From positions 1 to 64,000 of the IMG/VR virus record IMGVR_UViG_3300044981_000204: 64,000 nt of DNA; one strand, given 5' to 3'. The notes under the pieces were generated by a model. The model was not told the origin of the DNA, searched no databases, and worked only from the letters and a program-made list of their open reading frames with translations. Position numbers and translations under genes: made by a program. Positions 25,564-35,196 of this stretch are shown here, piece by piece (position 1 is the first letter of the stretch; each line of letters opens with the position of its first letter). This DNA is from a virus.

Positions 25564-27248
25564 TGTCTTCAGCCATTAGTCCGATATTGTCGTTTCCAGC
25601 AAATTACATGAGCCAAGTGCTCAATGAGGGTGGTGCAGCTGGAGGACCTGGGCCAGGTAATGTAAAGGTGAAGGACCTCGACGTGAGGCATCCCGAGTAT
25701 GAGGCGAGGTACGGTGCTTGGTTGGACCTGAGCCTCTTGTATGAGGGTGGGGCGGCCCTCAAGGCCCAAGCTGACCGACTCTTGAAGAAGAGACCGAGGG
25801 AAGATGACGACGTCTATACGGCTCGATTGGACAGGTTCACATACCAGAACATACTAGGGACCGGGCTCGGTTGGTACGGGGCAGCGATGTTCGACACGGT
25901 TCCCGAATTCTTCTTCAACGGTGGATCTGGCTCAAAATTCTATACCGATTTTTTGCAAGATTGCGACGGAGTGGGCACGACGTACGTTGACTTCTTCAAG
26001 AGGGCGTTCCAGGCGCAGTTGACTTACGGCGCGTGTTGGGTTCTCACGGACTTGAGGTCTTTGGGAGAAGGCGAGGAGGAGCCCCGTACTTTAGAAGACC
26101 AGAGATCAAGGGGCTTACTGGATCCGCATGTGGCTTACTACACCCCACTGAACGTGATCAATTGGCAGGTGGACGCACTAGGTCAGCTTAGGTGGGCCGT
26201 GGTGAGGGTCGAGTCCCAGAGGCAGGAGTTCTTGGGTGAGCCCATGGTGGTCACCGCGTGGTACTACTACGACCGAGTTGGTTACAAGGTTTATGAGGAC
26301 GTGAGGAGCGTCGAGGAGCAGGTAAAGGTTGCTAGGGATGAGGGGAGGATGGCAAAATTGGTGAGGAGCGGTACCCATTGCCTGCAGCATGTGGAAAGGG
26401 TGCCTTTGAGGCGGTTGGCCTTGAGCGGTGGTCTGTGGATAGCCAACAGGTCCTACCTACTGTTGGTTGACCACTTGAACCAGGACAATACCCTCGGCTG
26501 GGCGCTGTTTATGTCCAACCTCGCTATGCCGGTGATAATTGGGGATTTTGATGCGTCGGGCATGACCGCTAATGAGGCGGGATTTATGCAGTTTCCTGCT
26601 GGCACGACCTATGAGTGGTCTGAGCCAGAGGGAAAGAGCTTCATACACTCGGCGAAGAGGGTTGAGTCGCTGCGCGAGGAATGCTTTAGGTCGATGAACT
26701 TGCAAGCCCAGGGCAGGAGCATGAAGGCCACTCCCGCTATGCAGTCGGGAAGGAGTAAGATCCTTGAGATGGCCCCCGCTAAGCAGATCTTAGCGGGGAT
26801 GGGGGACGACCTAAGGCAGCACATGCAAGATGTGCTGAACGATGTCAAGGACGCGCGCAGGGAACCCGAAGTGGAACCGGACGTTAGGGGGTTTAGCTTT
26901 CAGGACGACATGAGCACCGAGGAGGTGTTCGCCGTAAATTCTCTTATAAGCATGAAGATACCTTCCCCAACCCTGGAGCGCTACGTCTATAGGAAGGTAG
27001 CCAAGGCCTGGATGCCGGACGCCAACCGGGATCAACTCAAGAAAGTGTACGATGAGATCGAAGAGGGTCCAACTCGTGAGGAGAGGGAGAAGCAGGAATT
27101 AGGCGACCGTGTGGAGTTGGCAAGGTCGGGAATGGCGGAGGCCCTCAAGGATAAGGGACAACCCTTGCAACCTCCGGGTCGCGGGGGGTCGGGACCATCG
27201 GTAAAATCAAAGTCCGCGGGAAAGAGTACTAACGTAAAGGAGAAGTAG
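25563..27248 (+). CDS. Portal protein
   Basis: About 560 aa between terL and scaffold; HPEY...LYEGG...L--R--E-DD-Y-ARL and VINW pattern (DUF4055-like portal). Confidence 0.85.
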   Translation: MSSAISPILSFPANYMSQVLNEGGAAGGPGPGNVKVKDLDVRHPEYEARYGAWLDLSLLYEGGAALKAQADRLLKKRPREDDDVYTARLDRFTYQNILGTGLGWYGAAMFDTVPEFFFNGGSGSKFYTDFLQDCDGVGTTYVDFFKRAFQAQLTYGACWVLTDLRSLGEGEEEPRTLEDQRSRGLLDPHVAYYTPLNVINWQVDALGQLRWAVVRVESQRQEFLGEPMVVTAWYYYDRVGYKVYEDVRSVEEQVKVARDEGRMAKLVRSGTHCLQHVERVPLRRLALSGGLWIANRSYLLLVDHLNQDNTLGWALFMSNLAMPVIIGDFDASGMTANEAGFMQFPAGTTYEWSEPEGKSFIHSAKRVESLREECFRSMNLQAQGRSMKATPAMQSGRSKILEMAPAKQILAGMGDDLRQHMQDVLNDVKDARREPEVEPDVRGFSFQDDMSTEEVFAVNSLISMKIPSPTLERYVYRKVAKAWMPDANRDQLKKVYDEIEEGPTREEREKQELGDRVELARSGMAEALKDKGQPLQPPGRGGSGPSVKSKSAGKSTNVKEK

Positions 27249-27249
27249 C

Positions 27250-27477
27250 ATGGCACAGCTGAACTATACAAGGTTGACCACCGCCGCGTTGAATACCTTG
27301 AACGCGACGACGTTGGGAAACCTTCAACCGTACCAGATCAAGCAAGTCCAGGAGTACCTCAACAGGGTCAACTGGGGAAACGCCAATAGCGTCGCGGGGG
27401 AGGGATCCCAGTCTGACGTAGGTTCTCAACCCACTATCGCTCAGATCGTGACGTTGATGGGTTCCAATAACCCGTAG
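27250..27477 (+). CDS. Small hypothetical head-region protein
   Basis: 75 aa with AAGGAG SD. Confidence 0.65.
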   Translation: MAQLNYTRLTTAALNTLNATTLGNLQPYQIKQVQEYLNRVNWGNANSVAGEGSQSDVGSQPTIAQIVTLMGSNNP

Positions 27478-27498
27478 CGCAAAGACCGCAATTGGGTC

Positions 27499-27549
27499 GG
27501 CAACATAGTTGTTTCAACTGACCCGAAGATGGGGTACAATAAGGACTTA
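27499..27549 (+). promoter_or_regulatory. Putative late promoter for scaffold/capsid (GGCAACAT..TTGTTTCA..GGGGTACAAT..GGACTTA)
   Basis: A near-identical architecture occurs at 32550-32591. Confidence 0.55.
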
Positions 27550-27568
27550 GGGAAAAGGAGGGCGCCCA

Positions 27569-28333
27569 ATGGGGGTACTCGACGGTAAGAAGAAGGAAGA
27601 TGGGTCGGGAGAAGGTGGTGGGTTGACCCTAGAAGCGGTCATGGCCAAGGTCAACGAGGTCTTGGATGTAAAGGTAAGTGCCAAGTTCGACGACTTCGCC
27701 AAGACGAAACTACCTGATCAGATCAAGGCCCAGATCCAGCCGGTGAACGACCAGCTCACGACGATGAATGAGTCGTTGGCGAAGCTGGTTGGTGGGCAGG
27801 GTCAAGGTGGCCAAGGTGGTGGCCAGGGCGGCGACGGCAAGGGGATTTCTCCCGAAGTCAACCAAACCATCAAGACCATGCAGGATAGGCTGAAGCTTCA
27901 GGATGAGAAAATCACCGGACTCCAGACTGCGAAGGAAGAGGCCGAGAAGCGAGCAGAACAGACGGATCGGCATTCGAACATTCGTACCGTTCTTACCGGG
28001 TTGAACTTCGTCAATGAGCAGGCGGCCAGGACCGCTTTTGGTATCATCGAGCCCCACGTGAGGCGCCTCGACGACGGCAGCTTGGTGGCGGGGATCGATG
28101 GTGACAATTTTCCGGTCGATGCCTTTACCAAGGACTACCTCCAGAAGGAGCACAGCTACCTTTTCAAGCCCACCGGGTCGTCGGGATCCGGGGTGCCGCA
28201 GAGTGGTGGCGGCATCAGGATGGGGGCAAAGGCCGACACCAACATGATCAAGTCGGGGATGAAGCCCGCTGAACGAGAGGCTGTGGTAGCAGGCATCCAA
28301 AATGCGTTAGCTTCCGTGGGCGTTGAGTCGTAA
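27569..28333 (+). CDS. Capsid scaffolding protein
   Basis: Coiled-coil with Gly-rich linkers and a YLFKP-GSSGSG motif; immediately before the capsid gene. Confidence 0.8.
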   Translation: MGVLDGKKKEDGSGEGGGLTLEAVMAKVNEVLDVKVSAKFDDFAKTKLPDQIKAQIQPVNDQLTTMNESLAKLVGGQGQGGQGGGQGGDGKGISPEVNQTIKTMQDRLKLQDEKITGLQTAKEEAEKRAEQTDRHSNIRTVLTGLNFVNEQAARTAFGIIEPHVRRLDDGSLVAGIDGDNFPVDAFTKDYLQKEHSYLFKPTGSSGSGVPQSGGGIRMGAKADTNMIKSGMKPAEREAVVAGIQNALASVGVES

Positions 28334-28405
28334 TAGCTCGACGGGAGTTTGTTTTGTGCCGCCAGCGCGGTGCGTGAGTTGTGTAGAACATAAGGAGAAA
28401 AAGAG

Positions 28406-29305
28406 ATGGCGGCAATTACGTCGGCGAATGTTGCGGACGCTATAGTAAAGTTGGTTGCTGTTGATGCGTTGCCTGCGCTAGTGGGCAACCTCGTGATGGG
28501 CAACCTGGTAAACAGGAGCTTTGAGGCAGACCTGGCCAACCAGGGGGACACCGTCAACATACCGATCCCACCGACGATGGCCGCTAACAACGTGGCGGAG
28601 GGCGGGTCGGTGACTCCCCAAACTCCCTCGCTCGGTAATGCGCAGGTGGTCATCAACACGCACGCTGAGTCCTCGTTCCAAATCCCCGACGTGACGAGGA
28701 TCCTCGCCCATCCGGCACTCCTCGAGATGTACATGATGCCGGCTATCATCTCCCTCGCGGAGCGGATTGAGCAGGACCTCTTGCAGCTGTACCTGAACCT
28801 TACGGCCAACGCCGCATCCGGTACCTCCAACACCACGATCACTGAGTCGGTGGTGGACAGCGCTGAGACGACTCTCTTTAGCGCCAAGGTTCCGGAATCC
28901 TTGCCAAAGTTCTTGGTGGTCAGCGCCGGTACGTATTCCGACATGCGTCAGATCCAGAGGTTCTCGGAGGACAAGGTCTCCCCCGAGATGGCCAGCGTCA
29001 TACCGAGTGGGCAGGTTGGCAAGCTGAAATCGTTCTACGTCATGCGGTCGCAGTACGTGCAGAAGGTTGTGAACACCACGTACAACCTTGGGTTTGCGCG
29101 TGATGCGTTCGCGTTGGTCATGCGCCAGTTGCCCCGACCCCTTCCCAATACTGGCGCCGTCGCGGAGTACGCCACCATGGGCAACTTCGGGATGCGCGTG
29201 GTGTTGAGTTATGCTCCGAACACGCTAGCTCAGCAGTTCACCGTGGATTGCTTGTATGGCGTAGCGGTTCTCCGCAACGTGTACGGGCTGCAGGTTCTAT
29301 CGTAA
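28406..29305 (+). CDS. Major capsid protein (P22 coat-like family, HK97 fold)
   Basis: NR-FE...GDTVNIPIP, FARDAFALVMRQLP, DCLYGV; strong SD. Confidence 0.9.
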   Translation: MAAITSANVADAIVKLVAVDALPALVGNLVMGNLVNRSFEADLANQGDTVNIPIPPTMAANNVAEGGSVTPQTPSLGNAQVVINTHAESSFQIPDVTRILAHPALLEMYMMPAIISLAERIEQDLLQLYLNLTANAASGTSNTTITESVVDSAETTLFSAKVPESLPKFLVVSAGTYSDMRQIQRFSEDKVSPEMASVIPSGQVGKLKSFYVMRSQYVQKVVNTTYNLGFARDAFALVMRQLPRPLPNTGAVAEYATMGNFGMRVVLSYAPNTLAQQFTVDCLYGVAVLRNVYGLQVLS

Positions 29306-29315
29306 GGAGTGACAG

Positions 29316-29726
29316 ATGGATTTGCGACAGTACTACAAGGACCTTCGAGAGACCGAGGCGAAGCTAGAAAGGGAGTTCCCTAGCGGCGAGGTGCACGTGA
29401 CGTCCCTGTTCCACAGGGAGCGGGCCTCCACTGCCGGAAGTACGGTCAGTGCCACTTGTCGGAATGCGGCAAGGGTAATCACCGACGGCACTCACCGCCT
29501 GGCGAATGAGGATGAGATCAGGGAGTTCTTGCTTCATCAGCAGCGGGAACTTCGCAAGAACACCCTCATGGAGCAGCAGAAGAAGCGCCAGTATATCACG
29601 GTGATCGCTGGCGAGGAAGATCCCGTCGAGGCCATCACCGGGGTTCCCGGGATGGTGGCCCGCAAAGGGGTGAGGATCCGGCAGGGCCCGGCTACCGTGG
29701 GTGAGGAAGCTCAAACCTCGGCATAG
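29316..29726 (+). CDS. Conserved post-capsid hypothetical protein
   Basis: MDLRQYY...AARVITDGTHRLA; AAGGAG SD. Confidence 0.75.
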   Translation: MDLRQYYKDLRETEAKLEREFPSGEVHVTSLFHRERASTAGSTVSATCRNAARVITDGTHRLANEDEIREFLLHQQRELRKNTLMEQQKKRQYITVIAGEEDPVEAITGVPGMVARKGVRIRQGPATVGEEAQTSA

Positions 29727-29803
29727 ACGTTTGGCGCCAGGTGGTGCCTAGGTAGTCAATTTGAGAAGGAGGCAACGGAAACGACCCTCCAGGAGTATGT
29801 AAG

Positions 29804-30163
29804 ATGACCCTTACTGAAGTTCAATCGCGCACCACTAAGACGGCGTCCTTTACCGGGTCCGGGCTCGATGTTTCCGGAATCACGGGAGATTGGACCATCA
29901 AGTTCCAGCTGGAGTCGCTGACGGCGGCTAAGCAAGCCAGGTTCACGTTCGAGGACACGATCACAGACTACACGGCATCGCTCGCCGGTCCAACCATCAA
30001 CTTCAAGGGTGAGACCGAAAAGTCCTACGACCGAGTCAAGAGCTTCAAGAAGCAGGATTTTCCGGGTCTTCGGCTCGGCGTTGCGAGCGCCCAGCTCAGG
30101 TTGAAGTTGTCGGACATGGACTCCGGCGCGACCGCGATATACCGCTCTTGGCTTGAGTACTAA
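29804..30163 (+). CDS. Hypothetical virion protein (possible head decoration)
   Basis: 119 aa, beta-rich; AGGAG SD. Confidence 0.65.
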   Translation: MTLTEVQSRTTKTASFTGSGLDVSGITGDWTIKFQLESLTAAKQARFTFEDTITDYTASLAGPTINFKGETEKSYDRVKSFKKQDFPGLRLGVASAQLRLKLSDMDSGATAIYRSWLEY

Positions 30164-30188
30164 AGAAAGTCCAAATTCGCAAGGATCG

Positions 30189-30234
30189 CCAACATGGGGC
30201 GCTGCGCAACGCGCGGTCGCCCCATCTTGGTTTT
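30189..30234 (+). terminator. Intrinsic terminator-like hairpin after the capsid block
   Basis: CCAA-C-ATGGGGCG...CGCCCCAT-C-TTGG long stem followed by TTTT. Confidence 0.6.
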
Positions 30235-30246
30235 GGGCCACAACCA

Positions 30247-31224
30247 ATGCTAATGACCGACAGCATATACGTAACCAGCAGCGATCTCTCTCGGATAGAT
30301 TCTGAGGTGGCGACGGTTGCTGCTGCCGAGGGAATCACCCTAGACGGTGCCGGTGGACTCATACGCGGGGCCGTTGAGGAGGTAGCCAACGAACTTTCCA
30401 AGTTGATAGTCGCCTTTGGCGGGTACCTGTCTGGCGGCGATTGGTCTGTGAACCACTTGGCTGCCGTGTTCAACTACGGCCTGGGCACCTCGGTGAAGAT
30501 GAAGGCAGCCCTCTCCCAGGTCGTGGTGTCCGGAAACTCATCTAGTGAGTGGAACCACGTAAAGCAGTGGGCTGTCTTTTGGACCCTGAGGTCCTTCTAC
30601 CGAGACGCCTTCGGGCGCACTGTGAAGGACAGGTACAAGGACAAGATGGTTTTCTTCAAGGAGGAGATAGACAGGAGGCTGAAGGCGAACCTTTGGACCC
30701 TCGGCGTGCCTTGCGTGATACGGCCGCTAGCACGACCTGCGGCGATGTTCGAGAGGGGCTCCGGTTCCTGGTCCACGTCTAACATCTCGCTGGTGGCGGG
30801 ATCTGGCACTAGGACCGACAAGGTGGATGTGGCCATAACGTACGTCGACATGTCGCAGCCCAACTTCTATGCCAGTGAGTCTAGTAACGGGAACTCTGAA
30901 TCTGATGCTTCGGACACCTTGACGCAGCTGATGGTAGCGGGACACAACTTGCACGTCGATATCTCGACCCTGAATCCGCCGACGGGAGTGCAGGACAAGT
31001 CACAGCAACTGATCGTCGTGATAGCCCCGCTCAAGGCAACGCACTGGAACGTGTGGGCTGGAACAAGCGGCAGTACCCTGTACCTGCAAAATGCCGCTCC
31101 AATATCCATAGCGACGACGAGCTACACGCTACCGGCGGACCCATTGCTAAGTGGTCCGGCTGTCGGGATTGGTCAGTATTCTGATCGAAGGCTGGCGCTC
31201 TTGCCACTGAGGCAGAGGGCCTAG
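30247..31224 (+). CDS. Putative head-tail adaptor/neck protein
   Basis: 325 aa; assigned by position only. Confidence 0.55.
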   Translation: MLMTDSIYVTSSDLSRIDSEVATVAAAEGITLDGAGGLIRGAVEEVANELSKLIVAFGGYLSGGDWSVNHLAAVFNYGLGTSVKMKAALSQVVVSGNSSSEWNHVKQWAVFWTLRSFYRDAFGRTVKDRYKDKMVFFKEEIDRRLKANLWTLGVPCVIRPLARPAAMFERGSGSWSTSNISLVAGSGTRTDKVDVAITYVDMSQPNFYASESSNGNSESDASDTLTQLMVAGHNLHVDISTLNPPTGVQDKSQQLIVVIAPLKATHWNVWAGTSGSTLYLQNAAPISIATTSYTLPADPLLSGPAVGIGQYSDRRLALLPLRQRA

Positions 31225-31226
31225 CC

Positions 31227-31994
31227 ATGCTATCGTCGGTCGCTGTGGAGGCCCACGCTTCGTTGGTGGACGAGGCCGTGGAGTCCTTCGTGAACTATGT
31301 TTCTGTGGAAGTGGAGTCCGTGGTGGGTGAGGTCTCCCACTACATAGGTAAGCTATCCTCTAGGCGCGCCAAGGTCTTGCTTGAGTTGGCTTCGGTGGGC
31401 GACACTTTCGAGAGGTCCCTTGCCTCGTCGAACTACTTTCCAGCCATACTGGCCTTTGCGGCAAAATTCGTCGATCAGGTTGATGCGTTCGAAGGGATGT
31501 ACTCCGACATGGCGTCCGGCCTAGGGTTGCCGGAGTTCGTGATTACGGACCACGGTAGGTCGGTGTTGTCGGAAAAAGCCGCAGAGGCGGTGACCTCCAT
31601 AGAGGGGGTGTCTCGCAGGGTTGGCCTCACCTTGCAAAGGTACTTGGGCCGCTCCATTGGTGAGCCAATGACCCAAGCCATGGCCAATGGTGCCATAGAT
31701 ATCGTTCGGAAGACGCGTGAGGTGGGGCTCGTGGCAAGGGATAGTATTATGTCATGGTTTAGGACCTTGTGCGGTCTCGTGTATAGGAACTTGGAAGATT
31801 CTGGCACTAGGCTGAGGTATGCCTACGTTGGTTCTTTTGTCAAGGACTCGCGCGATTTCTGCTCTAACTTGATGGGGAAAGTTCTTACGCTCGGTGAGGT
31901 GGACTCCTTAGAAAATGGCCAAGTTCCTGGTGCTATGGCGAATGGCGGCGGGTATGGGTGCGTGCACTTTTGGTCGATAGTCGGGAGGATTTAG
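31227..31994 (+). CDS. Minor head protein (Mu gpF/SPP1 gp7-like C-terminus)
   Basis: Y-G---KDSRDFC...GGYGCVHFW motif. Confidence 0.6.
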   Translation: MLSSVAVEAHASLVDEAVESFVNYVSVEVESVVGEVSHYIGKLSSRRAKVLLELASVGDTFERSLASSNYFPAILAFAAKFVDQVDAFEGMYSDMASGLGLPEFVITDHGRSVLSEKAAEAVTSIEGVSRRVGLTLQRYLGRSIGEPMTQAMANGAIDIVRKTREVGLVARDSIMSWFRTLCGLVYRNLEDSGTRLRYAYVGSFVKDSRDFCSNLMGKVLTLGEVDSLENGQVPGAMANGGGYGCVHFWSIVGRI

Positions 31995-31997
31995 CCG

Positions 31998-32528
31998 GTG
32001 TCACTAAACGCTCTGTCTAGTCAGGTATTGAACGCCGTCTACGCTCGACTTAGTGCGTCGGGCTCGGGGTTCAACGACGGCGTGGTCGCCAACGCGCCAA
32101 ACTACGGGCTTCCGGTAGACTTCATCTCGGTTGATTGGACCACGTCCAGTCTCAACTTCATGAAGGCCCAAATAGACCCCCAGTTGCTCGAGAAGTCCGG
32201 GACCTTCAAGTACCCGTTCTCGTGCTTGTACGTGCTTGAGTCGAACTTTACGGGGGAGCAGAAGTTCAACCAATGGTCGGGGTCTGTGATATGCGTATTT
32301 GACGTGTACCTATCTTGGGTTCCGATAAAGGGTCTCCAAAACCATGAGGCCTATAGCTTGTGCGTTGAGGACGTGGTGACCGACGTCATCAACAGAAAGG
32401 AAAACCAGAACTGGTCTCCCGTGGTGTACAACGGAATGATAAAGTGCAGGAGGGGTCCGCTCGACTTCGGCGGTGAGAACTTTAAGCAGAGGGTGGCCTT
32501 CGCCATGACCTTTGGGCTGCACCAATGA
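31998..32528 (+). CDS. Putative tail terminator/completion protein
   Basis: 176 aa with YPFSCLY; lies before the tail tube gene. Confidence 0.5.
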   Translation: MSLNALSSQVLNAVYARLSASGSGFNDGVVANAPNYGLPVDFISVDWTTSSLNFMKAQIDPQLLEKSGTFKYPFSCLYVLESNFTGEQKFNQWSGSVICVFDVYLSWVPIKGLQNHEAYSLCVEDVVTDVINRKENQNWSPVVYNGMIKCRRGPLDFGGENFKQRVAFAMTFGLHQ

Positions 32529-32549
32529 TGTTTGCCACTTAGCAAAATT

Positions 32550-32591
32550 TTGTTTCACTTGCGGGGGGACGTCGGGGTACAATTGGACTTA
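32550..32591 (+). promoter_or_regulatory. Putative late promoter for the tail operon
   Basis: TTGTTTCA...GGGGTACAAT-TGGACTTA, followed by AGGAG. Confidence 0.55.
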
Positions 32592-32601
32592 AGGAGTTGA
32601 A

Positions 32602-32964
32602 ATGGTAAAGTGTCGGTATGTTGGAGGAGACTGTTCGACCATCGGTCTTGGCGATGGTGAGGTGGAATACGACACGATTGGTCAGAGAGCCACGATGACC
32701 GAGCGAGGGTTTCGAGAGGCTGTGCTAGGCGGCGCTCCGTTCATCCCAGATGAGTACTTCGACAGGGTCGATTTCACTCCCCAAGAGCTGTCGCAGTGGG
32801 GACAGGTGGGAGTGCGCGTCGACACCTCGACTAGGTTCGAGGAGAAGCTGGGAGTCGCCCAAGAGATGTTCAGGGACCTCTGCGCGCGGATGCGAGCTAA
32901 CCAAAGTCTGACGCTTGCGGAGCTCCTTGACCGCGGCGTTTCCGAAGTTGAGCTGGTTGGTTGA
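32602..32964 (+). CDS. Hypothetical protein
   Basis: 120 aa with AAGGAG SD. Confidence 0.7.
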   Translation: MVKCRYVGGDCSTIGLGDGEVEYDTIGQRATMTERGFREAVLGGAPFIPDEYFDRVDFTPQELSQWGQVGVRVDTSTRFEEKLGVAQEMFRDLCARMRANQSLTLAELLDRGVSEVELVG

Positions 32965-32984
32965 TAGCAGGAGACACATAGAAG

Positions 32985-34274
32985 ATGCCGAACTATTCTT
33001 TCTCGCGCCTAGAGCGTGCATACCTACAAAATCAACCGGTGTTTGGCACCATTCCCAACGCGTCCGGGACCGCTTCTGTCGGCAACTCAAACGCGTGCCG
33101 CTTCATGAAGATGGAGCTGCAGAACGAGGTTGCGCTGCTGGAGCGCCCCGACAAGACAGGCACCAGGTCGATGGAGGGGATGGTCGGTGGTAGGAAGGTT
33201 GGTAGGTGGAGCATAGAGATGTCCACTGCCGCGAACGGCGTCTCTGGCGTCGTGCCGGACTGCGACCCCATACTGGAGGCCGCGTTTGGGCAGGCCGCCG
33301 CGGTGGGTGCGGGGACCACGGCCATAACGAGCTCGACCGATGCTACCCCAATTGTTCTGACTTGCGGGAGCGCCCATGGCATAGCGTCCGGGGCGTTCGA
33401 GGTTGTGTCGGTGTCGGGCCACACCACCAACACCAACGCCAACGGGGTATGGTTGGCGTATGCGCCCAGCACCACCACTCTTACGCTTGTTGGTTCTGCT
33501 GGCAACGGCAACGGCGCAGGAGCTAGCGGAAATGTTAGCAGGGTCAAGGTGACGTACACCTTCGTAGACGCGATTACGCACTTTACGCTTTGGTCGTTCA
33601 GGACTGCCGCAACGTTGGATCAAAGGGTGGCGCACACCTGCGTAGTCACTGAGATGACGTTCAACCTCAACCAGGACGTGGCCACGTGGCAGGCGAACGG
33701 GGATTGTCTGTGGGTCTTACGAAGCAAGGACTTTGGCGTGTCGGACGTCACGCAGAAGGGGGGGCTCGGGGCGTTCCCAACCGAACCGTCCGCGCCAGTC
33801 ACGAACGGCAACCTATTACCCGGGTTCGCCGGCAGGTTCGTCGCAGGCCAGTCGGTGGCCTCGTCGACGGCGGCCGGGTTCGCCGCTGGCGCGTCCACGT
33901 TTCCCACCATAAGGAACGTGACCGTTCGCATCCAGACCCAGAACATGCTGGTGAAGGACACGTTCGGGTCATACTATGCGACGCTCACCGAGGGCGATGT
34001 GCGGAACATCTCGGTTTCGTTCAACATCTACGACGACGATTCGGTCGCCACAAACCAACTAAAGACCTACGGAGACAACAAGACTCCAGTGGACTTGGTG
34101 TTGAACCTCGGCACGGTGATTGGCACAGTCCACGTCTTCTACCTCAAGAACGTGTACCTAGCGTCCCACGTGCTGGGGGACGGGCAGCTGAGGTTCGACG
34201 CTAGCTACGGCGATAGTCGCGCCACGACGACCACACTGAGCGTGAGGGATGAGTTCGAACTAGACATCGTTTAG
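32985..34274 (+). CDS. Major tail tube protein with inserted E1-FCCH-like beta domain
   Basis: Lies before the chaperone and tape measure genes; D-ILEAAFG motif; insert ITSSTDATPIVLT--SAHG...VSG---NTNANG-W. Confidence 0.75.
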   Translation: MPNYSFSRLERAYLQNQPVFGTIPNASGTASVGNSNACRFMKMELQNEVALLERPDKTGTRSMEGMVGGRKVGRWSIEMSTAANGVSGVVPDCDPILEAAFGQAAAVGAGTTAITSSTDATPIVLTCGSAHGIASGAFEVVSVSGHTTNTNANGVWLAYAPSTTTLTLVGSAGNGNGAGASGNVSRVKVTYTFVDAITHFTLWSFRTAATLDQRVAHTCVVTEMTFNLNQDVATWQANGDCLWVLRSKDFGVSDVTQKGGLGAFPTEPSAPVTNGNLLPGFAGRFVAGQSVASSTAAGFAAGASTFPTIRNVTVRIQTQNMLVKDTFGSYYATLTEGDVRNISVSFNIYDDDSVATNQLKTYGDNKTPVDLVLNLGTVIGTVHVFYLKNVYLASHVLGDGQLRFDASYGDSRATTTTLSVRDEFELDIV

Positions 34275-34287
34275 GAAGGAAGGATCT

Positions 34288-34830
34288 GTGGAACCCTACA
34301 AGTACACAACTACCCGAAAGGTCGAGTCTGAGGCATTTCCAGGCGTGTCGTACGTCCTTCGGAAGATGACCGAGGGTCGGCGCATGGAGCTCAGGAAGAC
34401 CATGGGTGAGGCCAATAGGCGTATTCGTGAGATCATGCGCGAGCAGGCGGTCATCGAGAAGCAGCCCGAGGAGTCCAAGGACCTGGTGAAGTGGCTGGAG
34501 CTGCAGGACGAGTTCGACATGATCCGCCTGGAGGTCGTCAACCCCGCGTGGATCCAGTGGGGGGTCAAGCAGATCGAGGGACTTGAAGCTGATGGTGTGG
34601 TCCTGGGGGTTGAAGACTGGAGCTCGTGGCCGTCCGCCCTGGTAGAGGAGGTCGCGAGCGCAGTGCAGGCCGAGTCTGATTTGTCGGGCCAGGAAAAAAA
34701 ACCATTAAGCTCTCCTATCACTTCTGGCGGACAGGAGCCTCCGAAAGCCCACTTTTCGACTGCGTCGAGTGCAAGCGAAGAGGGTATTACAGAGATCGAA
34801 ACTGCTCCTGGTATTTCCCAGATCGTGTAG
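34288..34830 (+). CDS. Tail assembly chaperone (gpG-like)
   Basis: Lies between the tube and tape measure genes; GAAAAAAAAC slippery run at 34693-34702. Confidence 0.8.
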   Translation: MEPYKYTTTRKVESEAFPGVSYVLRKMTEGRRMELRKTMGEANRRIREIMREQAVIEKQPEESKDLVKWLELQDEFDMIRLEVVNPAWIQWGVKQIEGLEADGVVLGVEDWSSWPSALVEEVASAVQAESDLSGQEKKPLSSPITSGGQEPPKAHFSTASSASEEGITEIETAPGISQIV

Positions 34831-35159
34831 ACCCAAACAGAAATATCTGTTGGGAAGCTTCCTATAGGAGCAGCAATGGAAATCAGTTCGTAATCTTCGA
34901 CAGTGCGACTAACGACTGTCCTCAAATCGTATCAGCTCCGTTCACAGAGTTGATACAATTGTTCGCCCGGTCTAAGCTGATGAAAGAGGCCGTTGGCGCA
35001 GCCCCATACGGCGGGGATCTTAATAAATGGCCGTCACGCCTAGTGGACGCGTTCATCATCCTTCAAGGTGAGGCGCAGAGGGTTGACCACATGATGGTTG
35101 CTCCTCAAGCGACTCAGCAGCAAAATCCCAGACAACCTATTCCTATGAGACGAAGATAG
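34695..35159 (+). CDS. Tail assembly chaperone -1 frameshift extension (gpGT-like)
   Basis: The -1 frame is open from the A-run (KTIKLSYHFWR...DCVECK...) into the 34950-35159 ORF without a stop. Confidence 0.8.
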   Translation, partial: KKTIKLSYHFWRTGASESPLFDCVECKRRGYYRDRNCSWYFPDRVDPNRNICWEASYRSSNGNQFVIFDSATNDCPQIVSAPFTELIQLFARSKLMKEAVGAAPYGGDLNKWPSRLVDAFIILQGEAQRVDHMMVAPQATQQQNPRQPIPMRRR

Positions 35160-35196
35160 TGTACGGTATCATCTATCTTATAACGAACATAATCAA

